A DNA stretch of 35,846 nt, taken from positions 12,809-48,654 of the forward strand of contig CAJFCJ010000117.1 in assembly GCA_904063045.1 (NCBI GenBank), written 5' to 3'. The notes under the pieces were generated by a model. That model saw only the letters and a list, made by a program, of their open reading frames with translations. It was not told the DNA's origin and ran no database searches. Below, piece after piece: positions 10,729 to 21,832 of this stretch. Position 1 is the stretch's first letter, and every line of letters begins with the position of its first letter. Position numbers and translations under genes: made by a program. The stretch is from Dimorphilus gyrociliatus (Eukaryota > Animalia > Annelida).

Positions 10729-12895
10729 ATGAGACAAACTCTCCATCAAATTTTGTTCCTTTTTTCAATCTTTTACGGTTTGTTGTTTTATCAGAAAAAT
10801 ACAACACTGAAATATATTCTTATAGATAGAATTCCTCAAGTGAAATTATTGAATTTAGCGAGAGGAAAGGCAGCTTTTCAAAGTTCTACGTATGGAACTT
10901 ATTCCAATCCCAGAAAACCTCAATTTGCCAATGATGCTAACATTGAAATTTCTCTTCAAAATGTAAATATATTTGTATTTGTATGCATTTCTCTGAAAAA
11001 TCGTCATTATTTCTTGAACAGTACGAATACTGTTCAAGAACAGACAAAGATCCGGAAAGTCACTCTTGGTGGTCCGTTGATTTGGAAGACGTCTATGAAA
11101 TTACGAAAGTGTGTCTTTTAAATATAAACGATGACATTTGTAAGTAAAAAAATTCAAAAATAAATTCAAAAAAATATTCAAAACAATTTAGATACAAATC
11201 TACAACAATTTTACATTTTTGTTGGAAATTCGCCAAAAGACCATTTTTGTCTTTGCTCTTTTGTAACTGATCCAATAAAAAGACCAAGTACAATAGATCC
11301 TTTTCAGTACGATTGCTATTCTTGCCCGCCTACTTGTATTGGATCCTTTGTATCAATTCAATTGTCTGCATCATTTGTAGAATTGATAATATGCGATGTA
11401 GACGTTCGTGGAAGTCTAATTAACAAAAGAGGTAGATGATTGGTTGATTGATTGAGATAATATAAATTTAAACATAACTCATTTTTGTTTGATAAAGATT
11501 CTCATTTATTAAATTTAACAAATACGAAAATAACAACTGGAGGTCACTACCTAAACCATTCGAAAGAATTTGCCATAGACAATGACTATAAGACCTGGTT
11601 TCGTTCAAAATCCGGTTCCTATGGTTCATTTACAAAACCGTATTTCTTGATTGATTGTTTAAAAACGTTAAAAGTTCATGGCATGTTTATTATTTCATTA
11701 GATAAAGATTGTTTGTAAACGATGTTTACTTTTATCTTTTTTAAAATAATATAAAACGTCAATATTTTCATTTTCCAGATATTCTTAAAAGATTTAAACA
11801 AGTATTTATTTCGGTTAAGCAACTACCGGAAACGGATTTCAATTCTAATAGTCAATTTTGCGTTGAACAACTTTCTGGATTGTTTAGAACGGGCCATGAA
11901 CTTTTAATTGTTTGGTGTCATCCTATACTTACGGGAAGATATATTCTTATTAGTATGAAAGACAGTATCAATAGCGATAAAATTTTAGAATTAACGGAAA
12001 TATATGCCTACATTTCTGAGTTTGACAAACACGAGGCGATTGGTTTGTATATCTTTTATTACATCATAAATTATTGAATTTATTGAACGATAGAAACTGG
12101 AAATTCACTTAAATCATACTTAATGGACGTGACCTTGAATAACGTTTCATTATCAAATAATCACTTTGATTTATTAATCGATAACGTTTACTATATTAAT
12201 GATATTAATGGGAGAATACCATTGAATAACTCCGATATCTTAACTCTAAGAATACGGCTTATTCATATTAATTCAATATGTCTGACAGGTTATTTATTGT
12301 TTTAATTGTTTTTTATTTTCCTTACTATCAACACTTTAATTCAATCGTTAATCCTTTTTTTTTCTTTTTTTAAGTCTTTCATACAACGAACTTTACAGCT
12401 GCAATTCAAATTAATATACGTCATTTTCTTAACAATTCAATCCTTTCTTTAACGATTTCTACGTTTTTTAAATATTCCCACACCGTGTGCGTTAAATTCA
12501 ATTCTATTTTAACTAAAAATATTATAATTCAATCGCAAAATGCTGAAGAACTGGCAGAAATTGATCTTATTGCAGTTTCAACTGTATTTGCAGTTGGTGG
12601 AAAATGTTTAGACAATATTCATAAATGGACATATTCAACTTCTCTTCTTCCTAATAATTCTAATCCATTTTACAACATTTTACTAGAAGGTGTAAATACT
12701 GCAAACGATATTGCAGTTTATAAATTAAAAACTGCAACGAATGAATTAACGCATTTATGTGAAAATTTTGATATTTTTGACGAAGATTGGAATTCAAGAA
12801 ATGGTTTACTTTTTCAATGCAAAAAATTCAATGGACTCATTGAAATTAATTCTTATCTTTTAAAGCAATCTCTCACTTTTGTCCATATATTTTAA
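10729..12895 (+). CDS. Secreted multi-domain F-type-lectin (FTP)/F5-8-type-C-like protein; 3' end uncertain
   Basis: Hydrophobic N-terminus and phase-consistent introns 10963-11021, 11140-11191, 11432-11497, 11711-11778, 12043-12093 and 12289-12398. Domain 1 reads NLARGKAAFQSSTY...WWSVDLEDVYEITKV...IICDVDVRG. Domain 2 ends CHPILTGRYILI...LELTEIYAY. Further divergent beta-rich segments follow. Confidence 0.75.
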
Positions 12896-14008
12896 ATCAC
12901 AATAAAACGTTGTACAAAGTGATTGGGAAACAATACAAATTATACGGCCGATATTATAATATTCTTTCGTTTGACTTACTTGTAGTATAGACTCTAATCT
13001 ACGGGGGACGGTTGAGTGGGTTGGTAATTGTAATTTTAACAACAAAATGAATTCTTAGAATCGCAATTCTCTTTAAATTTGCCTTTTAGTTAACGTCCCC
13101 CGCAAGGACTTATAATTACTGATATAATCAATTAATCTATCAGTTAATCAGATATTCGTTTGGTTGATGACAGATGTGGTTATGAACAGCTGCAATTTCA
13201 CCTAAACAACACGATATTATAACCATAAAATTCATTTAAAAATAATATTTATAAATAAGTATAAATAATACATTTATTCTGTATATAGGCCTATTCTTAA
13301 TAATTTTTTATGACTGCTACAAATTTTATTGCTGTATGCGAAATATGTAGATACGAAAATAAAAGAGAAACTAAAAAGCATAGAAAACATCGATGAATAT
13401 CTGGTCAATGACAAAAAAAGAAACATAAAGAATACTCTTCTTGTCCCATATAGCATTCGTAGACTTGTTAAAGTTGCTGTTTAATATTTTGTATCCATAC
13501 TTTCAATTGAATTACTTGTTTCTGTGTCTAGTTAAGGTTCTTTAATAATTCAATTATCTGAGAGGCACTGAATGTTTGAAATGTTTATGTGTCAATCACT
13601 AATTTGATGGGGTTTATGATATTTATTGTTCTCTTGTTTGTTTTTTATATTACTTTTCAAAGTTTCACCTTTTTCTACATTATAACGGAAAGTAACAGAT
13701 AGAAATTTTATTAAAAATTCATTAGCTTGCAACAATAAACAACCTGACTTAATAATCTGTAAAAGATATGCTTTGATTTACATAAATATTTCTAAGCTTT
13801 AACCTTCCTTCATTCATAGTCAATTATGTCACATTTAAACTTTATTCAAAACATTGGGGCTATTTTTTCCTCTTACAGCTGTTATTTCAATGAAAGATTT
13901 TATAGTAGAAGAAATTTTGAATAGTCTGTTTAAGACATGTGTAATCAAACAATAAAAAATCGACCAAACATTTATTACAATAATTTGTTGTTCAACCATC
14001 AAAAACTT

Positions 14009-15073
14009 TTATTTTAATTGAACATACACTGTGTTTGCGTAGCTTGCAAATCCTCTAGACAGTAATCTTATATTTCTTCGAATATTAATGCAGTGTTTCG
14101 TTGACAACAAAGGATTTACAGTGTTTCTAAATAGTTCATAAGTAATCTTCTGCTGCGGATTCGATGGGTAATTTAACACATCGCATAGATATGGTGGTTC
14201 GTAGATAACTGATAGTAATTTGTCAAGATCACTGCCAACTTTTTGTCGAAATTCTGAATTCAATTCGAATGATTTATTAATAGATCCAAAATTATCAATG
14301 TATCGTTTTGTATAGAATTGGGATGAGACTTTAACTAGACATCCAGCCGCGTCGCAAGCCTGTCTTACGGAAAGATTATTACTTAGGCCACTGGTCGAAC
14401 CTGCAAGATAGTTATCATCAAAAATGATATGCTTGAATCCGTGTTTAGCAGCTTGAACAATTCTTTTATAAACTGATTGATGATCGTCGAAATAGACGAT
14501 TGTCTTTTCACGATTAATCTTCTCTTTCGACCAATCAATTCTGTTGAAATCCAAAAATTTCTTACTCGTAAAATATTTCGTTGAGTTTCTTTTATCTAAA
14601 TATTGGTTTGGTGTTGTTGGACTAATCACTGTAATTCTTGCTTTGGGTAGAGCTTTGCGGATAAGCCATGTTCCATAACCTTTGTTGGCACCACTTTCAA
14701 TCACGTGCTCAGGTTGCATTATCCTCAAGAATGACCATAAAGCAAATCTGTTGTTTATAGATCCATCTGTAGTGAAATTATGTAATCTTTTTGAAAATAT
14801 TTGTAGAAAAGGACCAATAAATTGAAAGAAATTGTCTTCCTTGAAGAATGGAACCAAATGATGATTTCTTCCACATCTATAAATAGATTTTATCATGCTT
14901 TTGTTTGTAAAACAATCCGCTAATTTAAATTCTAAATCTGTAAAGATATCTGTACTGAAATTACTTTTATCATTTTGTTGCATAAAGTTTTTGTTAGGAG
15001 TTAAAAAAAATCCAACTATAACCATAAGGCTTATAGCAAAACTACAGAAATAGATTCCTTTTGACTGTCTCAT
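14009..15073 (-). CDS. Type II membrane methyltransferase-like protein (paralog B), intronless
   Basis: N-terminal TM (IYFCSFAISLMVIVGFFL). The catalytic core is almost identical to paralog A (7365-8453). Confidence 0.85.
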   Translation of the reverse strand: MRQSKGIYFCSFAISLMVIVGFFLTPNKNFMQQNDKSNFSTDIFTDLEFKLADCFTNKSMIKSIYRCGRNHHLVPFFKEDNFFQFIGPFLQIFSKRLHNFTTDGSINNRFALWSFLRIMQPEHVIESGANKGYGTWLIRKALPKARITVISPTTPNQYLDKRNSTKYFTSKKFLDFNRIDWSKEKINREKTIVYFDDHQSVYKRIVQAAKHGFKHIIFDDNYLAGSTSGLSNNLSVRQACDAAGCLVKVSSQFYTKRYIDNFGSINKSFELNSEFRQKVGSDLDKLLSVIYEPPYLCDVLNYPSNPQQKITYELFRNTVNPLLSTKHCINIRRNIRLLSRGFASYANTVYVQLK

Positions 15074-15189
15074 ATCTTGAAAGAAATTTGACCAGATCTA
15101 TCTAAGTGCCTAAGTGCTTATGAAACTATGAGATCTGTTTTGTTAATTTTGGTTATATGCAAATTTCTATAGCTACTTTATTGATTTAG

Positions 15190-15204
15190 TTGCGACACCT
15201 AGCG
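15190..15204 (-). promoter_or_regulatory. CTCF-like motif candidate (CGCTAGGTGTCGCAA on - strand)
   Basis: The best match in the window, in the short divergent promoter region between paralog B and the large GPCR gene. Confidence 0.35.
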
Positions 15205-15703
15205 AGTAGTTTAAATTCTAATTTCAAAAGCTCTTACTTTTGAGACAGTAAGAGCCATCGAATAATAATAGTGAAAAATTAAGAAAGTATAACAAGAGTC
15301 ACGTGATTATGAACGTGAATGTTACACTAATTAATGGTAATAAGTTATAGGCTACATATTTCTTTTGAGTTATAAAGGAACTGTTGAATATCTTACATTG
15401 AAAAACAAAGTCTAACCTCAATTTCCAATTGGTTATATATATCTCTAAAAAGAATTTCAAAGTAAAACATACGCCTAAAAACATCAGTTGAATTAGTGTA
15501 ATTGAATATTGTTTACAATGGTTAATATTGACAGTATTATGACAGGAATACTGCAAAAAAAACAAAGAAAATAGAACATTTGTCTAAAATTTCATAAGAA
15601 AATTATTTAATTAACCAAATTTTAACCAGTTTTTAAATATTTAAAATATTTAAGATCTGTCATATTTGTTTCTTCTTGTCAAATATAGATAGTTATATAT
15701 AAC

Positions 15704-18700
15704 ATGTTTTCAATCATTCTATTCATAATCAGTTTTACCATAGTTATAATTGACTGTTTTCTAATTGGAGAATATAAGTACAACTTTATCAAATTTTTAA
15801 ATAATAAACAGGATACGGAAATTGATTTTAATGTTACAAATCCACATTTTACACTTGAAAAGATTGACGAAAGTAATATAAGGATTTATGGAAAATTATA
15901 TATTGAATTATTTGAAAATGGTACAAAGTATCCAATATTTCCTACTAGTTTTGCTCAAAAAAATGTTGGTAGCATCTGCACTCGAATGGATTACGATTCA
16001 ACATTCAGCCAACACCATACCTGCCTTAGTAAGGCTTAATTAAGACATTTTGCTTGTTGGATATTTTTTCCATCCTCTACACTAGGGCCATTTCTTTGTA
16101 AGAATAAAATTCTTTTCAATTTTCTTTCAGGAAATTATTCCGAAGTTATGACGTCATTTCAAATATTTTTTGAATTTAATAAACAAGAAAATATTTACAG
16201 AATGTGGTTTTTTTTTGATATATTTTTTAAATATAATTCGTAAAGTTTTTAAAAATTCAACAGGAACGTTGCGAAGATGAGTAGTTTTAAATTTCAACTT
16301 TGTTTAAAGTGTTACAAGAAAAATTCAACATGTAATAAAAAAACAAAAACTTGAAATTATCTACAAATATATAAACAATTTAATTTCATATAATATAGAT
16401 TTGTATAGTATTCAAATTGGCAAAATATATCTACCAGTTTTCAAACGACAAAATACGTCTTGTGTTATTGTCGTTGATAACGATAAACATAGAAAAGATA
16501 TTTGTAAAGCAACTGAATTTTTTATTTGGAAATATGACAATAAAACTGAATATGAATTGTGTTTTTTCAATGGTATGGAGTTTAAAATTTTAATGTCTAC
16601 TGATAATAGAACGGAAATTGAATGTTCATTATCCGAAGTTCAAGGTTAGTTTGTATTAAAATTTGCCAAAAGACCACTATCTATCCACCAAATTGAAATA
16701 GATATTAGTATTGTACCAATGGAAGATGATTTTTTAAAATTTTCCGAATTATCAAAGGTCAAGGATAAATCATTTAAAAGTTTAATGATCCATTCAAAAA
16801 CGTTTGGCAAATTACCACTAACGTTTGCCTTAACTGAACATGAGATAAATTTTTCAATGTGGACCTGCACAAAACTGTCATCATTGTTTATATATCAAAG
16901 AATAAACTTTTATACAAATGACTGGAGTAGGGTAAGTCATTTTACAGTTGGTTTTTTCTTTGCAGTAGAAATATTCGACACTTTTTTTTCTTGCTTTACA
17001 GGAGAAATATTCTTATAGTCAATACGTTAAAGACGTCAACGAAGTACCAATGCTAATCGATTGCAAATGGGATAATTCCTATCTTCAAGGTTGTTCATTG
17101 GCAATTTTAAGACAAACTTACTATACAGTAATGGTGAAATGTTCGAAAATCCTTTCAATTCCGTCTATAAATAGTAAATAAATAAAAAATCTACTGGAAA
17201 ACTGCAAAAGTAGATGTTTTTTTTGTAAAAATAGACTCGAACCTATTAATGACATTTCCAACATCAGGAATGAATAAGAGTAGGAACTCAATGAAAATGG
17301 AAGGAATACCACTTCTATTAATAAATGAACATTATTTCCATATTGAACCTAGAAGACTATTCGCAAAGGAAGCGAAGATTATTTGTCAAAGTTTCGGTTA
17401 TTTGTACGGCACGATTATTACTAAAATAATTAGATTATCTTATATAATCCTGCCAAAATTCCACATAATCTGTCCAGAGTCTAATCAAACAATTTCCGAT
17501 TGCATATTACATAATCTATCCAAGAAAAATTCAGTTTCTATATCAGATTATTATACAATAGCCTTTAAAAAGTACAATTCTTTAGGTTATCTATCATTGA
17601 TGGATATAAGTTATGCATTTATCAAATGTTTGAATAGAACTGTTCCAGGTAATATTTCTTTGAGTAGTTTTGAAACAATATCAACAATTTCTTTTTTGTT
17701 ATTAAGATTATTGCAGTGTAAGATATTCTCAAAATGTCTTTGATACTTGCTATAAATTCTTTAAAGAAAAATATCCAGCGGTTAACAAACCAAACATTGT
17801 TTGTCAACGGAGAAATATGACTGTTGTTGATCTAGCATTTTTTCTAATGAACTCTTTAAATAAAATTGTTGGTAGTGTTAAAAAGAATAAAAATGTTCGG
17901 CCATATCCCAGCTGTTTGTTGATTTTCAATTCTTTTTTTGGCATATATAGTAGATTTTTTACCAATAGATTTTGGTAAAATAAAAACTGGTAATCGTTTA
18001 ACAATAACGACTTCCAGTTCAATGAATTATCCACTTGAATTTCTATGGCTTAATAAAAGGAATAAACTCTCTGATTGTTTTTTTGAAAAGAAAATCATTA
18101 TTGAAAAGTACTCACAGACACCTTGCATTGAATACAAATATGGCTACTTTTCTCATGGATGTGATAATTGTTTAAATGAATATAAACAGATATTATGCGA
18201 AAGATATTTAGGTTCAAAAAATATACATATAGTCTATAGGCTTAAAGTGTTTCGTTAGTGATATTCTATCCAATTGCAGACGTTGGTGGGAGAAGAGAGA
18301 ACGGAATTATCATTAACAAATTTGAATCTGAACAATTGTTCTTCTGTTCTATTGAAAAAGTTTACATTAATGTTATTTATGTTTGCGACGGAAAAATTGA
18401 TTGTCGTACTTCCGGTGAAGATGAATTCAGTTGTGAAACAATAGACTGGTTTCATTGTTCTGAAAATGAAAAAATTCCATTTCAATTAGTTTGCAATCAT
18501 AGAAATGAATGTTCAAATAATCTGGATGAATTGAATTGCGGTATGGAAAGATAAATAATGTGATCTGTCTTATCTTATCTTATCTTCATTTTTTTAATAA
18601 GAATATCAAATTTGCGACAAGTTTTCGTTCAGATGTAAAAATAATATCTGCATTGGTTGGGAAAAACGATGCGATAGGGTAATTAATTGTCAAGACATGT

Positions 18701-21158
18701 CGGATGAATTTTGCCAAAAAGGTTCGAAATAGGCCTAGTTTGTTCTTTATCAATTTCTCCCCTTTTTTCCAGACGATTGCGGAACTGATTCATTCTTATG
18801 TTCAGATCGGATTACTTGCGTAAGGAAATCGTTCGTATGCGATCTCAAGTACGATTGTAAAGATGGATCCGATGAGACAAAAGGATGTCTTGGATTTAGT
18901 GATTCGAATCATCACATGTTGAAAAATTTAAGTAAGATAATTGATTTGATATTATTGAAATACTATTTAAATATCGCTCACGCCTATCTCTTCATCTTCC
19001 AGCCTATTGTCATCAAATGGCTGCGAAACAGGACAAATGTAAATTGTACCAATCTGTAGATGGAAGATATTCATTAACAGTTCAACCTCCTGTAAATGGT
19101 CTATTAAATTGCCAATCAACTAAATGTTCCTTTGGAGAGTATCAATGCAACGAAGATGGCTATTGTATATCAATATCGTTAGTTTGTGATGGAATCTCTC
19201 ATTGCAGAAAAAGAGACGACGAAGATAATTGCGGTAGGAAGAAGAAAAATCAAAAAGTCTACCAGTTTTTTTTCCTTTCTCTGTTACAGATAATTTTGAA
19301 CCCGAAAATGCATTTAAATGCAAAGAAACGAGACTATTCACAACACCGGAAAATGTTTGCAATGGTATAATTGATTGTCACGACGGAAGCGACGAAACTA
19401 GTTGTCAAACTGCTACTGCAAAACAGCAATTATACTGCAATATATCAAATTATATTTTAACTTGTAAACCAAACAGTTTATCTAGTAATATTTTGAATTT
19501 TCAAATGAAAATTCAAGAGAATCCTTTAGCTAAGAGAATTATCCTTCAATATATAACAATTAAGAATAACATCATTAACGAAACGCTTCCGCACGTCACT
19601 TCACTTTTCATGATAAAATCATCCTCTCAACTGCAATTACTGAATATTTTCCCCAACCTTGTTAATCTGGAATTGTTGGATATGAAAATGAATTTTTCTT
19701 ATCATTTTCCAACAAAAGTTGTTAATTTATTACAATTTCTAAAACTGGAGAAAATTTTTAGTAAAGATATTAATAAATTTGAATTTTCGGATTTGAAGAA
19801 CCTTTTAAAATTGGTTTTAAACGATATAAAATCCTTTACGATCCTATCTAAAACTCGTTTTCAAAATATGAAAAACTTAAAAAGTCTAACAATAACGAAA
19901 TGTTTAATAAAAGAAATTCAAAAAGACTCTTTAAAATCATTAATAATGTTAAAATATATAAATTTAAAATTAACAACAATACCGGAAGCGGAGATGGTAT
20001 TTATAGTAAAAAATTTAAAAATGAACCAATTAGAAGAATTGTATAGCGATTATTTTAAATTATGTTGTTTCGCCTGGAAATATCAAAGGATGATGAAAAG
20101 ATGTAAACCAAATAGAGCTTTATTCTCATCATGTTTGGATTTATTAGTATCAAATTATCTTAGAGCTTTTATATGGCCAGTTGCAATTATTGGTTCATTC
20201 TCCAACATTTTGGCTATTGTCTTTAGAATGAAAACATTTTCAAGACCTTCCCATCTATTTTACGTTTCGTTAGCAACTTCCGATTGCATTATGTGTCTTT
20301 GTTTCCTTATTCTAGCTTTTAAGGATCTACTCTATAAAGGGGTTTATATTGATTACGATCTATATTGGAGGAGAAGCGTCCTTTGCCGTCTAATTGGTTG
20401 TTTTATCAATTTTACAATCCTACAATCGTCGTTCTCCCTTTTAATTTTAACATTTGAAAGATATCTTGTTGTTAATTATCCAATTGTCGGCTTTTTCTGT
20501 AAGAGATCTATTGTTATCATTATATTATTGGTAACGACGCTTTTCTCCACATTTGCAACCATTTTTCCCTTATATAAATTTCAGGTAAATTCTTTTTTAA
20601 TTATTTTTTAAGCAAAAGTATACCAGTCTATTTTCTTTCTCTCTGTAGGACTACTATCAAAGAATGTCAATATGTTGTAATATTCAAATAGGAAATCAAA
20701 AGGCAATTGGTTGGTTTTGGTCATTTTTTATCTATAGTATTTGGCTGTTATTAATTAATGCTATTACTGTAACACTTTACTTATTAATAATATTGAAATT
20801 GTTAAAGAGAAAATTGGAAATTAATATTAATAATTCTGAAAAATTGAATAAAAAAGTTCAAGCAACGGCGCTGATGATTGTACTCACAAATTTACTTTCT
20901 TGGTTTCCAATATCAATTTTAGGTTTAAATTATTTTAAATATTGTTTGTTTGATAGTTTTTTTACTTTCCCTCTTCATCTCCTTTTTTTAGGCCAATTAT
21001 CGGTAATTTCAAATTTAACAATCAATAACGAAATATACACATGGATAATAATTATTTTTCTACCATTAAATTCCGTATTGAATCCGATTATTTACAATTA
21101 TTCAGAATTATATAGAAAACAATTGGAAAGGAATAGAAATAGGAAACAATTGCAGTAA
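15704..21158 (+). CDS. GRL101/LGR-type-C-like GPCR with extended ectodomain: SP, degenerate SRCR-like, C-type-lectin-like, 6xLDLa, LRR, 7TM (~1485 aa, 16 exons)
   Basis: Fifteen GT-AG introns (16029-16130, 16204-16263, 16332-16398, 16645-16701, 16932-17001, 17174-17234, 17649-17706, 17872-17953, 18212-18279, 18541-18601, 18722-18772, 18932-19002, 19234-19289, 20585-20648, 20923-20991) give a stop-free 4458-nt CDS. It contains LDLa motifs (e.g. CDLKYDCKDGSDE), LRRs, an LGR hinge (CCFAW..C....FSSCLDLL), ERY in TM3 and NSVLNPIIY in TM7. Confidence 0.85.
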
Positions 21159-21814
21159 GAGAGAGAGAGATATTAAATAGAATAGGCCTATAATTTTTTT
21201 AATAAAAATTACAAACTTTATCAGACAAACAACAATTATTAATTTAAGGAAATCGTTGAAAAATGAAAGTAAAGATTTTTCAATTATTTTAATAATTTAA
21301 TTCATTAATTAATCAATTTTTTGTTAATTTTATTTATAAAGGCATTGAATTCATTTTAAATATGAAAGAAAATTGTATTTTGTCAAATTCATCATATATT
21401 CCAGTATTAAAATTTAAAATGCATGTTAAAAATTTAACAAGAACCAGTTTATTAATGAAATGTATTCTGAAAGCTTTGTTATATGCAAATAAGTTTTCGT
21501 ATTCATTTCGTATAAAAATTTTAAATGAAAGAAAAATTTTTGTTCAAGTAAGAAAGTATTTTTTTTTGAAAATTTTGTTTTTTTTTGCTCTTTTTAGAAG
21601 AAATTTTACATGTCAATTAATGATTTTACATATGTTGAATTTAGTGAAAGAGATAATAGCAAAGATGTTCAACTTATAGGGGATTTTTTAAGAATACTGT
21701 TACAAAAAGAAGCATTTTATAGACTTTCAAAATAATGAAATGTATACAAAGAGTACTCACAGAAAAAATGGCTGTTTTGTAAAATTGTATCTTGTAAACT
21801 TCACTTAGAATCCA

Positions 21815-21827
21815 ATAGATGGCACTA
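21815..21827 (+). promoter_or_regulatory. CTCF-like motif candidate (ATAGATGGCACTA)
   Basis: Motif match between convergent genes, just beyond the stop of the LRR gene. Confidence 0.25.
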
Positions 21828-21832
21828 GTAAC

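Noticed and set aside
10855-13045. Minus-strand ORFs 10855-11037, 11093-11293 and 12860-13045
   Set aside because: Antisense shadows over the spliced lectin-like gene.
12896-13235. Extra 3' exons of the lectin-like gene (IDSNLRGTVEWVGNC, DIRLVDDRCGYEQLQ)
   Set aside because: Plausible-looking fragments, but I could not build a phase-consistent splice path from exon 7.
13274-13456. Hydrophobic 60-aa minus-strand ORF
   Set aside because: Phe/Ser-rich sequence is expected from A-rich antisense DNA. No domain and no consistent gene model.
15299-18485. Minus-strand ORFs 15299-15565, 16646-16870, 17121-17312, 17622-17807, 17804-18034 and 18255-18485
   Set aside because: Mostly antisense to exons of the large GPCR, and no motifs.
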